This document shows positions 9,420-18,294 of a stretch of DNA of 64,000 nucleotides, piece by piece (within the stretch, counting starts at the first letter, position 1; every line of letters starts with the position of its first letter). Made by a program: the position numbers and the translations under genes. Location of the stretch: the sequence record SRR31156797_1064; one strand, 5' to 3'. The notes under the pieces are model-generated. The model did no database searches and had not been told where the DNA came from. It saw only the letters and a program-made list of their open reading frames with translations.

Positions 9420-9998
9420 ATGGCAACAAACAAAATCTCTGCACGTGAACGCCTGCTCAATGCAGCAGCAGATCTTTTTTATGATAACGGAATTGCAGCA
9501 ACTGGCATAGATACCATTATAAAAAAAGCCAGCGTGGCTAAGATGAGTCTCTACAACAATTTCTCATCAAAAGCTGATTTAGTACAGGCATACATTAGTG
9601 AACGACATTCTGAGTGGCTTGGCTTGTATCAAAAAAGACTGGAAAAGGCTTTTACGCCACAAGAGCGTGTACTGGCTGTATTTGATGCCTATATAGATCA
9701 TGCATCTTTTGAATATGAACGAGGTTTCAGGGGGTGCGGTATACTTAATGCAGCTGCAGAGCTTCCTGCAAAATCCCATGGTCGCAATGCGGTAAAGGCA
9801 CACAAAGATGAAGTCGAGGGGTTACTGCAAAAACATATTCTCGAATTTCCTTCAATGTCTCAAAAAAAAGCGCATTCAACTGCAGAACATTTATCATTTC
9901 TTCTTGAAGGGGCTATGGCAAGGGCTGGTCTTGAGGGGAGCAGCGAAAAAGTCAATAATGCAAGGATAATAGCAACCATTATTCTTGAAAAAATATGA
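9420..9998 (+). CDS. TetR/AcrR family transcriptional regulator
   Basis: N-terminal HTH ARERLLNAAADLFYDNGIAATGIDTIIKKASVAKMSLYNNFSSK and FRGC motif. RBS AAGGAGG before ATG 9420. Confidence 0.93.
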   Translation: MATNKISARERLLNAAADLFYDNGIAATGIDTIIKKASVAKMSLYNNFSSKADLVQAYISERHSEWLGLYQKRLEKAFTPQERVLAVFDAYIDHASFEYERGFRGCGILNAAAELPAKSHGRNAVKAHKDEVEGLLQKHILEFPSMSQKKAHSTAEHLSFLLEGAMARAGLEGSSEKVNNARIIATIILEKI

Positions 9999-10116
9999 CA
10001 AAAAATAGCGTATTTTTGGCAACAGTGCGGGTGCTGATGGACACAAAGCTATTGGCAAACAATAATTTCCGAGAGGATACATCTAACATCGTTAATAATA
10101 AAGGGGGATGAGTTAA

Positions 10117-10476
10117 ATGGCCAAAGAAACTAAACCAGTTGTATCGTTCGAAGAATCATTTGATAAGCTTGATATTCGAGTGGGAAGAGTAATTAAAGTG
10201 GAACTTGAAAATAGAACCCATAAACCCACTTATAAGATGGAAATTGATTTCGGAAAATACGGAAGAAAAATTAGTTATGGGCGTTTTACAAGCCACACAA
10301 TAGAAGAGGTAAAAGATAGACTTGTGCTTGGTGTATTGAATTTTGAATCAAGACAAATGGGGCCTGTTATATCAGAAGTGTTGGTCATAGGTGTTCAATT
10401 TCCCAAAGCAGAGAGTGGAGAGGCCACATTTGTGTCACCGGCAGCTAATGCAAAGGTAGGAAGTAAACTTTTTTAA
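10117..10476 (+). CDS. tRNA-binding OB-fold protein / secretion chaperone, CsaA-like
   Basis: FDKLDIRVGRV, IDFG, NFESRQMGPVISEVLVIG, C-terminal GSKLF. Confidence 0.85.
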   Translation: MAKETKPVVSFEESFDKLDIRVGRVIKVELENRTHKPTYKMEIDFGKYGRKISYGRFTSHTIEEVKDRLVLGVLNFESRQMGPVISEVLVIGVQFPKAESGEATFVSPAANAKVGSKLF

Positions 10477-10628
10477 ATCGAGCATCCCAATATGCAAACA
10501 GTCAAGTACTCCTGTTGTCTGCAAAAAACACAATGTGTTTGAGCAGGTGGCAAAATTGGTTACCTTACTACTGGCAATGTTAAATCCAGATACTCTTCAG
10601 TTTTAAACATCAGGCAACACTAAAATTA

Positions 10629-13190
10629 TTACTCAACAATCTTTGATAATGAATAAAGAATGTCACTCAGTCCAATCTTACCATCCCGATTAGCATCGGC
10701 AATTATTGATACATTTTCAGTGGTACTATCGGCCATAACTTGCAAACCGATGATGATATCCTTCAAGTCTATAGATCCATCACCATTTATATCCCCGGCC
10801 AGGTTCACAGTTTCAATGTTGAGATAGTTGATCATGGTATATTCATCCCATATACCAATATCAACAGTCAGTTTGGAATCGCTTACACTGACTTGCTTTT
10901 GACGAATAATATAAAAATCTGCCTCCTCATCATCGATAAATGTTACTCCTTCTATCATTATCCGATTGTGAGAGCGCTTTGTTCTTGGTGTTCCTACAGA
11001 CACTTCCACATTATAAGTACCGTTTGGTAAATCAAATTCAAAAATGCTCGGGTGATGGGCATAATCATCATACGCATAAGTGATTTTTCGTTCATCTGTT
11101 TCACTTCCCCATGGATCGCGCCCGGTTAAAAAATGAGTTGTGTCATCGAGCCACCCAAAACCGGCAGTTTCGTCATACTCTTCAGAGCCCACTTGTAAAT
11201 AATTATGGCCTGCATAAGTAACATATTTGTATCTAACCCCATTATCATATGTCTCTTCTATGTATGTCGTACTAGGTGAGCCTTCCGGATCCTGGAAATT
11301 TATATAATAGTTTCCTGGAAGGGTGTTTGCTCTGGGGTGGGCAATTGGAGGAGTAATATCTGGAATAGAAGCAATCTCTCCCCCGACATACAACCCGATT
11401 AATCGTCTTAAATTATAAAGAAATGTGCTGTCTCGGGTATAGCTCGCAACCCCTTTAATAATTTTGTCTATTTGTGTGTCAACTGCACTGGTGACATTTA
11501 CCTGGGGGGCCGAATTATTGTTCATTACAAAAAAATACTCAAAATCTTCCAGACTATCCCTCATGAGTTCAAATCGGATGGATGTCACAAAGCGGTGATT
11601 GTTAGAACCATAGCTAATAGGGGTGTTGCTTTTTGATGGAGGGTAAAGCATAAACAAATCACCATTATGATTGCCGTTGAGCGGATTTGTCCATGGGTTT
11701 TGGCTCCAGTTGTTCAGGGAATAATAGGCGATTCCTCGAACGCGATATTTCCATAAAAACCAGCCTGTTAATTTGCTTTCAATGCCTGGGTGGTCTAAAG
11801 TTATGGGATTGAAATATGGCGGCCGCGTACCGTGTAGCCAGTATATCCAGGTAGTCTCATTATTGTTGACTTCACGGGGGTGTGATTCTGCTGGGTCAAA
11901 ATTGTTTAACACCGGCATCCAGATGTCAATTTTGGCCCCGGTATGGGTGCTGTGATCGTATATTTCTGGTTTCGGCTCTTCGGAAACCATTAATTTTATT
12001 TGCGGGGCAACTTTTTTCAATTCCTGGGAATACCATGCTATTGCATCATAATCAGCTTGGTTTTGTGGCTCATTTGCAACATAGTGGTAAGCTTTATCCA
12101 AATACCCGGTAGCACTCAAATAGTCTTGAAGAGTAGCCATGTATGAAAACCATTTCTGGTTATACTGCGTATTGGGATTGTTTTCTGTATACCAGTCACT
12201 TGTGGTTTCGGTTATTCCGCAAAATGAGTCGGGACGCTGGTCTGTGGATGGATCATTTGTCTGGAATGTGGCGGCCATAAATGAAGGGAAGCCAGTGCCT
12301 TCGTTAAAGGACTCTGAAAATTTTCCTTGCATCAAGCCGGTTCCTGCTAAATATCTTTCGGCCGGATTTTCAAACCCCCAGATACCGTCGGTATCGGTTA
12401 ATGTGCCGTTGCAATCATAGTCAATATAAGGTCCTGCTCCGCTTGAGGTAATCCCACCTGACCATAAAGCACTTTTGGGTGTTAGGTGATGATCAATAAA
12501 AAAGGTCTTAATTTTGTCAACATACGTCCAGTATTCAGCACCACAGCACGTCGCTCCGTAATGAGCTAGAATTGTGTTATGTGAAACATTCATTTGGGAT
12601 TTGACATGGACTTCGTCGGGGATTGCAAAGTTGAAAACGTGCAGGGTTACCGGGATTGAAATGTCTCCTATTTGAACATGAGTGGTATAATCACCTGATG
12701 GTGTAGTTTTAGGTACATAGGCACTAAACCAGAAGGCAGTATTCTCTCCGGAAACAATATTGACAGATGCACCTTTTTCTATTGGCCATAAAGGGTCTGG
12801 GTAGTCACCTGTACGACCTAAGATATCTGTGGCCTGTGTTATGTTTACATATTTAACCTGATATATTTCAGTCTCAATCCCTGAGGCGAAATCTCCAACG
12901 TTTACATTCACGTTCCCGGAAATATTCGATTTTACAATGACCTGAAAAGGTTCAAATTCATTTTTAGCGGCATAAACCAATACCTGCGAACTGGTGTCAG
13001 TGGGTACCTCATCGTTTTTGAAAACACGCTCTGAAGGTAGTGTCGTCCAAAACATATAATTTTCAGTAGATTGTAAGAGCTTATAGGTATAATTTTCCAC
13101 ATCTATTGCTAAAGACGATGGAGCAGAGAGCAAGTTGGTTACCATAATGAATGGCAATAAAAGAAACCTCACTTGATAGTTTAGATACAT
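10629..13190 (-). CDS. Secreted glycoside-hydrolase-like protein (GH123/DUF4091-like) with a CBM-like domain and a C-terminal dockerin-like repeat
   Basis: Signal-like N-terminus, AAKNEFEPFQV, YPDPL, YHYVANEP, NGDLFMLYP..SIRFELMRDSLEDFEY, beta-sandwich FEFDLPNGTYNVEV, and a duplicated Ca loop GDINGDGSIDLKD...ADANRDGKIGLSD. Confidence 0.75.
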   Translation of the reverse strand: MYLNYQVRFLLLPFIMVTNLLSAPSSLAIDVENYTYKLLQSTENYMFWTTLPSERVFKNDEVPTDTSSQVLVYAAKNEFEPFQVIVKSNISGNVNVNVGDFASGIETEIYQVKYVNITQATDILGRTGDYPDPLWPIEKGASVNIVSGENTAFWFSAYVPKTTPSGDYTTHVQIGDISIPVTLHVFNFAIPDEVHVKSQMNVSHNTILAHYGATCCGAEYWTYVDKIKTFFIDHHLTPKSALWSGGITSSGAGPYIDYDCNGTLTDTDGIWGFENPAERYLAGTGLMQGKFSESFNEGTGFPSFMAATFQTNDPSTDQRPDSFCGITETTSDWYTENNPNTQYNQKWFSYMATLQDYLSATGYLDKAYHYVANEPQNQADYDAIAWYSQELKKVAPQIKLMVSEEPKPEIYDHSTHTGAKIDIWMPVLNNFDPAESHPREVNNNETTWIYWLHGTRPPYFNPITLDHPGIESKLTGWFLWKYRVRGIAYYSLNNWSQNPWTNPLNGNHNGDLFMLYPPSKSNTPISYGSNNHRFVTSIRFELMRDSLEDFEYFFVMNNNSAPQVNVTSAVDTQIDKIIKGVASYTRDSTFLYNLRRLIGLYVGGEIASIPDITPPIAHPRANTLPGNYYINFQDPEGSPSTTYIEETYDNGVRYKYVTYAGHNYLQVGSEEYDETAGFGWLDDTTHFLTGRDPWGSETDERKITYAYDDYAHHPSIFEFDLPNGTYNVEVSVGTPRTKRSHNRIMIEGVTFIDDEEADFYIIRQKQVSVSDSKLTVDIGIWDEYTMINYLNIETVNLAGDINGDGSIDLKDIIIGLQVMADSTTENVSIIADANRDGKIGLSDILYSLSKIVE

Positions 13191-13442
13191 AAAACATCCT
13201 TATCTCCGGATCATTTTCATTTATATTGATCCGCTGGTTGTAGATTGGTTTAGGTCGGAAAAGTAGGAGATGAAAATTCCCTCAATTGACATAAGTATAC
13301 GTGGTTAAGTTCCCAATTCAAACCTTGCCATCAATTATACTGCAATTTCATAATGAAGGTTATCTATGCCAATTTTAGCTTGATTGCCCTGGTTGGTATT
13401 TAGATTTAATGGCTTGATGCTGGCTTACTGTTAGTGCCATAT

Positions 13443-13471
13443 TTGACAATAGTCTTATTGTGGAATATTGT
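13443..13471 (+). promoter_or_regulatory. Sigma70 promoter with palindromic operator for the toxin-antitoxin operon
   Basis: TTGACA-17 bp-TATTGT. Palindrome ACAATA-GTCT-TATTGT (13446-13461) overlaps the -35 box and spacer. Confidence 0.6.
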
Positions 13472-13503
13472 AAGTATGGAATTAGACTAGGTGAGGGTTT
13501 GAT

Positions 13504-13905
13504 ATGGCACTACCACTGTTAGAAGAGCAAGAGTTAAGTATTCCTCAAGTCATCAAGGTAATAGAAGAGGGACTACCTGTTTCAGCGTTCACGCAAATTC
13601 GTGATGATTTGGAGTTGACCGATAAAGAATTGTCTCGAATCATCCGAGTTCCCAAAAGTACGTTGGCAACTCGGAAGAAAAAGGGCAGGTTTTCTTTTGA
13701 AGAATCAGAGAGACTCTACCGGGTCCAGCGTCTCCTTATTAAAGCTGTTGATGTATTTGGGGCTATAGAGCCAGCTCGTAAATGGCTGATAGAAAAAGCC
13801 TACGGGTTAGGAGATATTTCTCCGCTTGAGTTTGCCAAGACAGAGATTGGAGCAAGAGAGGTCGAAAATCTTTTAGGTCGCATTGAGTACGGAGTATTCT
13901 CCTGA
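13504..13905 (+). CDS. Type II antitoxin, Xre/MbcA/ParS family
   Basis: IEEGLP, HTH, RFSFEESERLYR, VFG..ARKWL...LG..SPLEFAKTEIGAREVENLLGRIEYGVFS. Stop overlaps the toxin start (TGATG). Confidence 0.92.
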   Translation: MALPLLEEQELSIPQVIKVIEEGLPVSAFTQIRDDLELTDKELSRIIRVPKSTLATRKKKGRFSFEESERLYRVQRLLIKAVDVFGAIEPARKWLIEKAYGLGDISPLEFAKTEIGAREVENLLGRIEYGVFS

Positions 13906-14363
13906 TGGAGATTGTCTCATATCGTCTTGTCAAAGAAAAACACGCTCAAACAGCTTTTGACGGTGAAGGAGCCAGGCTTTTTGGTGGTCGGTGGAACAGC
14001 CGAGGAGTTCCTCTTATTTACACTTCAGAATCATTGGCATTATGTTGTCTTGAAATCTTTGTTCACTTGCCGTCGTATGATTTGTTATACGAGTATGTGT
14101 ACATACAGGCCTCATTCGGTGATGAGCTGGTAGAAGATGCTCAACTATTTGATGGTTGGGACGCGAGACCTGTCTCAAAAATATCCCAAGCCATTGGAGA
14201 TCAATGGGCAAAGAAAAAACAAAGTCCTATTTTACGTGTACCAAGCATTATCGTCCCTGATAGTCATAATTATATTATTAATAACAATCATCCAGACGCA
14301 CGAAAAATCCAAACAATAGATCCACGTCCATTCAGCTTTGATCCAAGATTAAAGAAAGAGTAG
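13905..14363 (+). CDS. RES-domain toxin (NAD+ phosphorylase/ParT-like)
   Basis: AFDGEGARLFGGRWNSRG, YTSESLALCCLE, LRVPSIIVP..NYIIN..HPD, FDPRL. Confidence 0.92.
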   Translation: MEIVSYRLVKEKHAQTAFDGEGARLFGGRWNSRGVPLIYTSESLALCCLEIFVHLPSYDLLYEYVYIQASFGDELVEDAQLFDGWDARPVSKISQAIGDQWAKKKQSPILRVPSIIVPDSHNYIINNNHPDARKIQTIDPRPFSFDPRLKKE

Positions 14364-14501
14364 GGCTCAAGCAGACAGCATTTGATCTCCTACAAAAAAG
14401 GAATTTTACAAAGTGCCGGGATATTTTTTCCTCGTTCACGTAAGGTCAGTAAATGACTGATAACTTAACTATAATAATAACCACCTAGAAAGGATTACCA
14501 C

Positions 14502-14780
14502 ATGAACAAAACCGATCTCATAACCAAGGTAGCAGAGTTAGCTGATCTCAATCAAAAAGAAGCAGGGGCAGCTTTGCAGGCTTTTATGGATGCTGTTACA
14601 AAAACTTTAGAAGAAGGTGATAAGCTGAGTTTGATAGGATTCGGTACATTCTCAGTAGCAGAACGATCTGCGCGTACTTGCCGGAATCCTCAAACAGGAA
14701 AAGAAATGCAACTTCAAGCTAAAAAAGTAGCCAAGTTTAAAGTTGGTAGCAAATTGGCTGCTGCTGTTAATGGAGAGTAG
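14502..14780 (+). CDS. hup: HU-family DNA-binding protein
   Basis: MNKTDLI, LIGFGTFSVAERSARTCRNPQTG, KFKVGSKL. Confidence 0.95.
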   Translation: MNKTDLITKVAELADLNQKEAGAALQAFMDAVTKTLEEGDKLSLIGFGTFSVAERSARTCRNPQTGKEMQLQAKKVAKFKVGSKLAAAVNGE

Positions 14781-14918
14781 GCATATAATCGGTGAGTTAC
14801 CTACCTTAAACAGCGAAGAGCTAAAAAAACTTATTTTACATTGTTCAGGACAACTCAAGGAGTAAGCCACATGTTTTTAGCCAAAGATATTGAAAATATG
14901 ACATGTTCTCGATAAGAA

Positions 14919-15887
14919 ATGTATATTTCACGAGATAATTTGGGGCTTAACTTCACTACAAGAATCTGCGGCATTCTGTTTTTTTCGATATTCTTCAGCT
15001 TTCAACTCATTATTATTGCTAACCCTGCCAGGGCAATAGAGTTGCTGGTTGATACTATCAAGTCACAACCAGGCAGAACTGTTTCCGTAAGTGTGAATGT
15101 TGCAAAGTATGACCAGGAACAAATTGCAGCTGCCGTTTTCACACTTACCTATAACAGGAGGTATCTTTCTTTAGTAAATGTGGATTCTCCATTTTTTCAT
15201 AGTTTTACCAATCAATGGAATTTATTAAGTCCTGTTCCCGATCCATTACCAGGAACCAGTGTTGTTGTTGACGGTCAGACATACTCCAAACCTTTAGTTC
15301 ATAATACAATCAGTTCGGAGTTCCTCAATAAAACGATGGTTGCAGGTGTCAGGGTGAAATCTGGTAAACCATCTGCTCTTTTTACTTTTACCTTTGCTAT
15401 TGACAGTACTGCACCAGTCGCAATTTATCCGATCTCCATACAGCCGACCATTCTCAATAATACTAATGCAGGCTATTCTGTTAGTGGTGAAACAGTTCCT
15501 ATTCTCACTGACTATGTTGAGAGGGAAAGTGATCCTTTATTGGCATACCCATCCTACTCACCCTCAATAATTAACGGAATGATTATCATCGAAGAGCCTT
15601 TTCTGGATAGTGATAATGATGGAATTGAAGACAATTGGGAACTTGATAATTTTTGGGGGTATGATCTTGCAGATAGTACTAGTGATTTCGATAAAGACAA
15701 TTATACCGATTTACAGGAGTATTTAAATTTTATTGGAAATGAAACCGATACCGATGGAGTTGGTTATGACCCAAAAGTTGTCAATGCTCCTGGAGGTACT
15801 GGATATAATCCTCCAAGCAGTAGTTCTTCTTTTTGGGGTTTGCTTCTTCCTGGTATTATTTTCAATGCAAACGAACAAGCAAATTAG
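14919..15887 (+). CDS. Exported cohesin-domain protein with Ca-binding DxDxDG repeats and a hydrophobic C-terminal tail
   Basis: Signal peptide ending ARA; cohesin-like PGRTVSVSVNV...IAAAVFTLTYN..YLSLVNV...LFTFTFAI..AP..IYPISI; DSDNDGIEDNWE and DFDKDNYTDLQEY; tail SSSSSFWGLLLPGI. Confidence 0.6.
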   Translation: MYISRDNLGLNFTTRICGILFFSIFFSFQLIIIANPARAIELLVDTIKSQPGRTVSVSVNVAKYDQEQIAAAVFTLTYNRRYLSLVNVDSPFFHSFTNQWNLLSPVPDPLPGTSVVVDGQTYSKPLVHNTISSEFLNKTMVAGVRVKSGKPSALFTFTFAIDSTAPVAIYPISIQPTILNNTNAGYSVSGETVPILTDYVERESDPLLAYPSYSPSIINGMIIIEEPFLDSDNDGIEDNWELDNFWGYDLADSTSDFDKDNYTDLQEYLNFIGNETDTDGVGYDPKVVNAPGGTGYNPPSSSSSFWGLLLPGIIFNANEQAN

Positions 15888-15973
15888 GGATTTCCTCTTA
15901 TTAGAAATAGATATTGCGACAGTAAGGGATCGCTGAATCAGGAGAATCCTAACGGGACTTGGTTTTATCTTCC

Positions 15974-16003
15974 TTGACAGTAGCCCAAAAAGTGCATTAT
16001 ACA
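15974..16003 (+). promoter_or_regulatory. Sigma70 promoter of the trp-leader/trpS operon
   Basis: Perfect TTGACA (15974-15979) with TATACA 18 bp downstream. The predicted start site falls at or near the leader ATG. Confidence 0.5.
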
Positions 16004-16010
16004 AAACTTC

Positions 16011-16085
16011 ATGAAGAGCGAAGCAAAACAGACAATAAACAGACGTTGGTGGTGGCATATGACAATGTATATGCCAGCAGAATGA
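16011..16085 (+). CDS. Tryptophan attenuator leader peptide MKSEAKQTINRRWWWHMTMYMPAE
   Basis: 24-codon ORF with TGG TGG TGG, below the ORF-track cutoff, followed by alternative hairpins and a terminator, then trpS. Confidence 0.85.
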   Translation: MKSEAKQTINRRWWWHMTMYMPAE

Positions 16086-16147
16086 TGTTCTGAAAGTAGA
16101 ATAAAATACACTGTCGGCAGAAGGTGCCGGCAGTTTCGTCTTTTTTT

Positions 16148-16186
16148 AAGGGCTGTCGGGAATTTTTCCGACAGCCTTTTTTTTTT
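16148..16186 (+). terminator. Attenuator intrinsic terminator upstream of trpS
   Basis: GGCTGTCGG...CCGACAGCC stem followed by a 10-T run, ending about 35 bp before the trpS start. Confidence 0.88.
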
Positions 16187-16220
16187 ATTAAAAAAACCTT
16201 AGACAAGCACAGGAGAAGTA

Positions 16221-17144
16221 GTGAAACGAATACTCACTGGAGACAGAACAACCGGTAAACTGCATATTGGGCATTATTTTGGTTCGTTGGAATCAAGAGC
16301 CACGCTCCAGGATGATTATGATACCTGTATCATTTTGGCTGATATGCAGGTGCTCTATGACCATTTAAATGATGAAAAGGGAAAGTTGATTCGCACGAAT
16401 GTGTATCACGCCTTACTGGATAACCTTTCTGTTGGCCTTGATCCTGAAAAGGTCACTTTTTTTGTGCAAAGTGAAATTCCAGAATTATCAGAGTTAGCAA
16501 TGCTCTTTATGTTTTTAGTCAGTGTGGGGCGTGCAAAACGAAACCCGACGGTTAAAGATGAAATGAACCAAGCAGGAACGAATTATGAGCATATGAATCT
16601 TGGCTTTCTTTCTTTTCCTGTATCTCAAGCAGCAGATATTCTTCTCCCAAAAGCAAATCTGGTACCTGTTGGCGAAGACCAGATTCCCCATGTGGAGCAA
16701 ACCAGAGAAATCGCCAGACGTTTTAATACGCTTTTTGGGGATGTTTTCCCTGTACCAGAGTTTAAAATAACAAAATTTGCAAGATTGCCAGGGCTTGATG
16801 GGCAGAGCAAAATGTCAAAATCACTTGGCAACGTTATTAACCTTTCCGATACTGAAGAATCTGTTAATCATAAGATTAAGAAGGCATATTCTGGTGAAGG
16901 ACATGCACTGTTTACTTATGGTGAGCTTTTTGGCATCAAGCCTGATGAGAGGATGGGCGCGTTTAAGCCTGCTCTTGCTGATGGAATAAATGCATTTCTC
17001 GCCCCCATCAGAAAACGGCGGGCTGAATTTGAAAAAGAGCCTGGTTATCTCCGTGAAATACTCGATAAAGGGCAAAAAAAGATTAGAACTATTGGCACGG
17101 AAACCATGACCCAGGTAAAAGGTAAAATGGGTATGATTTACTGA
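16221..17144 (+). CDS. trpS: Tryptophan--tRNA ligase (compact form)
   Basis: LTGDRTTGKLHIGH, VQSEIPE, PVSQAADIL, VPVGEDQIPHVEQTREIARRFN, KMSKS. RBS AGGAG before GTG. Confidence 0.95.
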   Translation: MKRILTGDRTTGKLHIGHYFGSLESRATLQDDYDTCIILADMQVLYDHLNDEKGKLIRTNVYHALLDNLSVGLDPEKVTFFVQSEIPELSELAMLFMFLVSVGRAKRNPTVKDEMNQAGTNYEHMNLGFLSFPVSQAADILLPKANLVPVGEDQIPHVEQTREIARRFNTLFGDVFPVPEFKITKFARLPGLDGQSKMSKSLGNVINLSDTEESVNHKIKKAYSGEGHALFTYGELFGIKPDERMGAFKPALADGINAFLAPIRKRRAEFEKEPGYLREILDKGQKKIRTIGTETMTQVKGKMGMIY

Positions 17145-17214
17145 GGGATATTGTAAAGACTCTTACTATCCAAAAGAAACCTGTAGCCTAACCGCTCGAT
17201 AAAAGGTGTATAAA

Positions 17215-18060
17215 ATGAATAAACAGTACAAGACGATTGCTTTCCAGGGAATGCCAGGAGCTTATTCAGAGCTAGCCTGTCAAAAAGCATATCCGGACCT
17301 GAAAACAGTTCCATGCGTCTCCTTTGAGGCGGCTTTTCGAGCTGTACGCAACAGCGAGGCGGATCTTGCTATAATCCCCATTGACAATAGCCTCGCAGGA
17401 CGTGTCGCTGATGTGCATAATCTTATTCCCAACGGAGAACTTTACATAATAGGCGAACACTTTCAGTTGATTCGGCACTGCTTGCTGGGGGTGCCGGGGG
17501 CAAAACTGGAAGACCTGACAGACGTGCATAGCCATGTCCATGCGATCCCTCAATGTAAGCGCTTTATAGATGAACACGGCTTGCAAAAACACGTTGTTGC
17601 CGATACTGCAAAAGCCGCCTCAGATGTTAAAAAATGGAATGATAAGAGTCAGGGCGCTATTAGCTCTGAATTTGCTGCTGATATTTATGGACTTGATATT
17701 TTACAAAAGGATATTCAGGACGCAGACCATAATACCACACGTTTTTTGGTTTTTGCCCCGGATGCAAAGGTTACAGCTCAGATAAATGAGCAGAAGTATC
17801 TTACGAGTTTTTTATTTGAAGTACGTAATATTCCTGCAGCCCTGTATAAAGCGTTGGGTGGGTTTGCGACCAACGGTGTGCAGATGGTGAAGCTGGAGAG
17901 TTATGTTGATAAACATTTCAATGTGGCTCGCTTCTATGCAGATGTTGAAGGACACATTGATGACCCATCGCTGCAATTGGCATTTCAGGAACTTGATTTT
18001 TTCGCAAAACGAGTGTTGATGCTCGGTACCTATCCGGCTCATGAATTTCGAAATGGCTAG
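17215..18060 (+). CDS. pheA: Monofunctional prephenate dehydratase (PDT-ACT)
   Basis: IAFQGMPGAYS, PIDNSLAG, HSHVHAIPQC, NTTRFL, and ACT domain PAALYKALGGFATNGVQMVKLES. No chorismate mutase domain. Confidence 0.92.
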   Translation: MNKQYKTIAFQGMPGAYSELACQKAYPDLKTVPCVSFEAAFRAVRNSEADLAIIPIDNSLAGRVADVHNLIPNGELYIIGEHFQLIRHCLLGVPGAKLEDLTDVHSHVHAIPQCKRFIDEHGLQKHVVADTAKAASDVKKWNDKSQGAISSEFAADIYGLDILQKDIQDADHNTTRFLVFAPDAKVTAQINEQKYLTSFLFEVRNIPAALYKALGGFATNGVQMVKLESYVDKHFNVARFYADVEGHIDDPSLQLAFQELDFFAKRVLMLGTYPAHEFRNG

Positions 18061-18294
18061 AGATCACCGGCAGTGGCAGGGAAACTGTAACAAGATGGTT
18101 TTTATACAAAAAGAGGCATTTGCCTGCAGTGGGTATGGTGGATGTCATAGAGAAATGCTACGACGTTATCATATTGGGGAGTGTATACTTTTAGAGAGAG
18201 ATTTAGCCCACATCTTTGAACCTGACGCTGCCTGAGCTGATAAAAAAACCAGGTTAGTACTTTCAGTAAGTCAATTCTTATAAGGAGTTACACG

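Larger units (their letters stand above)
9185..10583. mobile_element. Putative non-autonomous cassette bounded by 19-bp inverted repeats, carrying TetR and CsaA genes
   Basis: TTAACATTGCCAGTAATAA (9185-9203) matches the reverse complement of TTACTACTGGCAATGTTAA (10565-10583) at 18/19 positions. No transposase lies between them. Confidence 0.45.

Noticed and set aside
9995-10065. Remnant of a P-loop kinase N-terminus (IFGNSAG)
   Set aside because: Too short and frameshifted to support.
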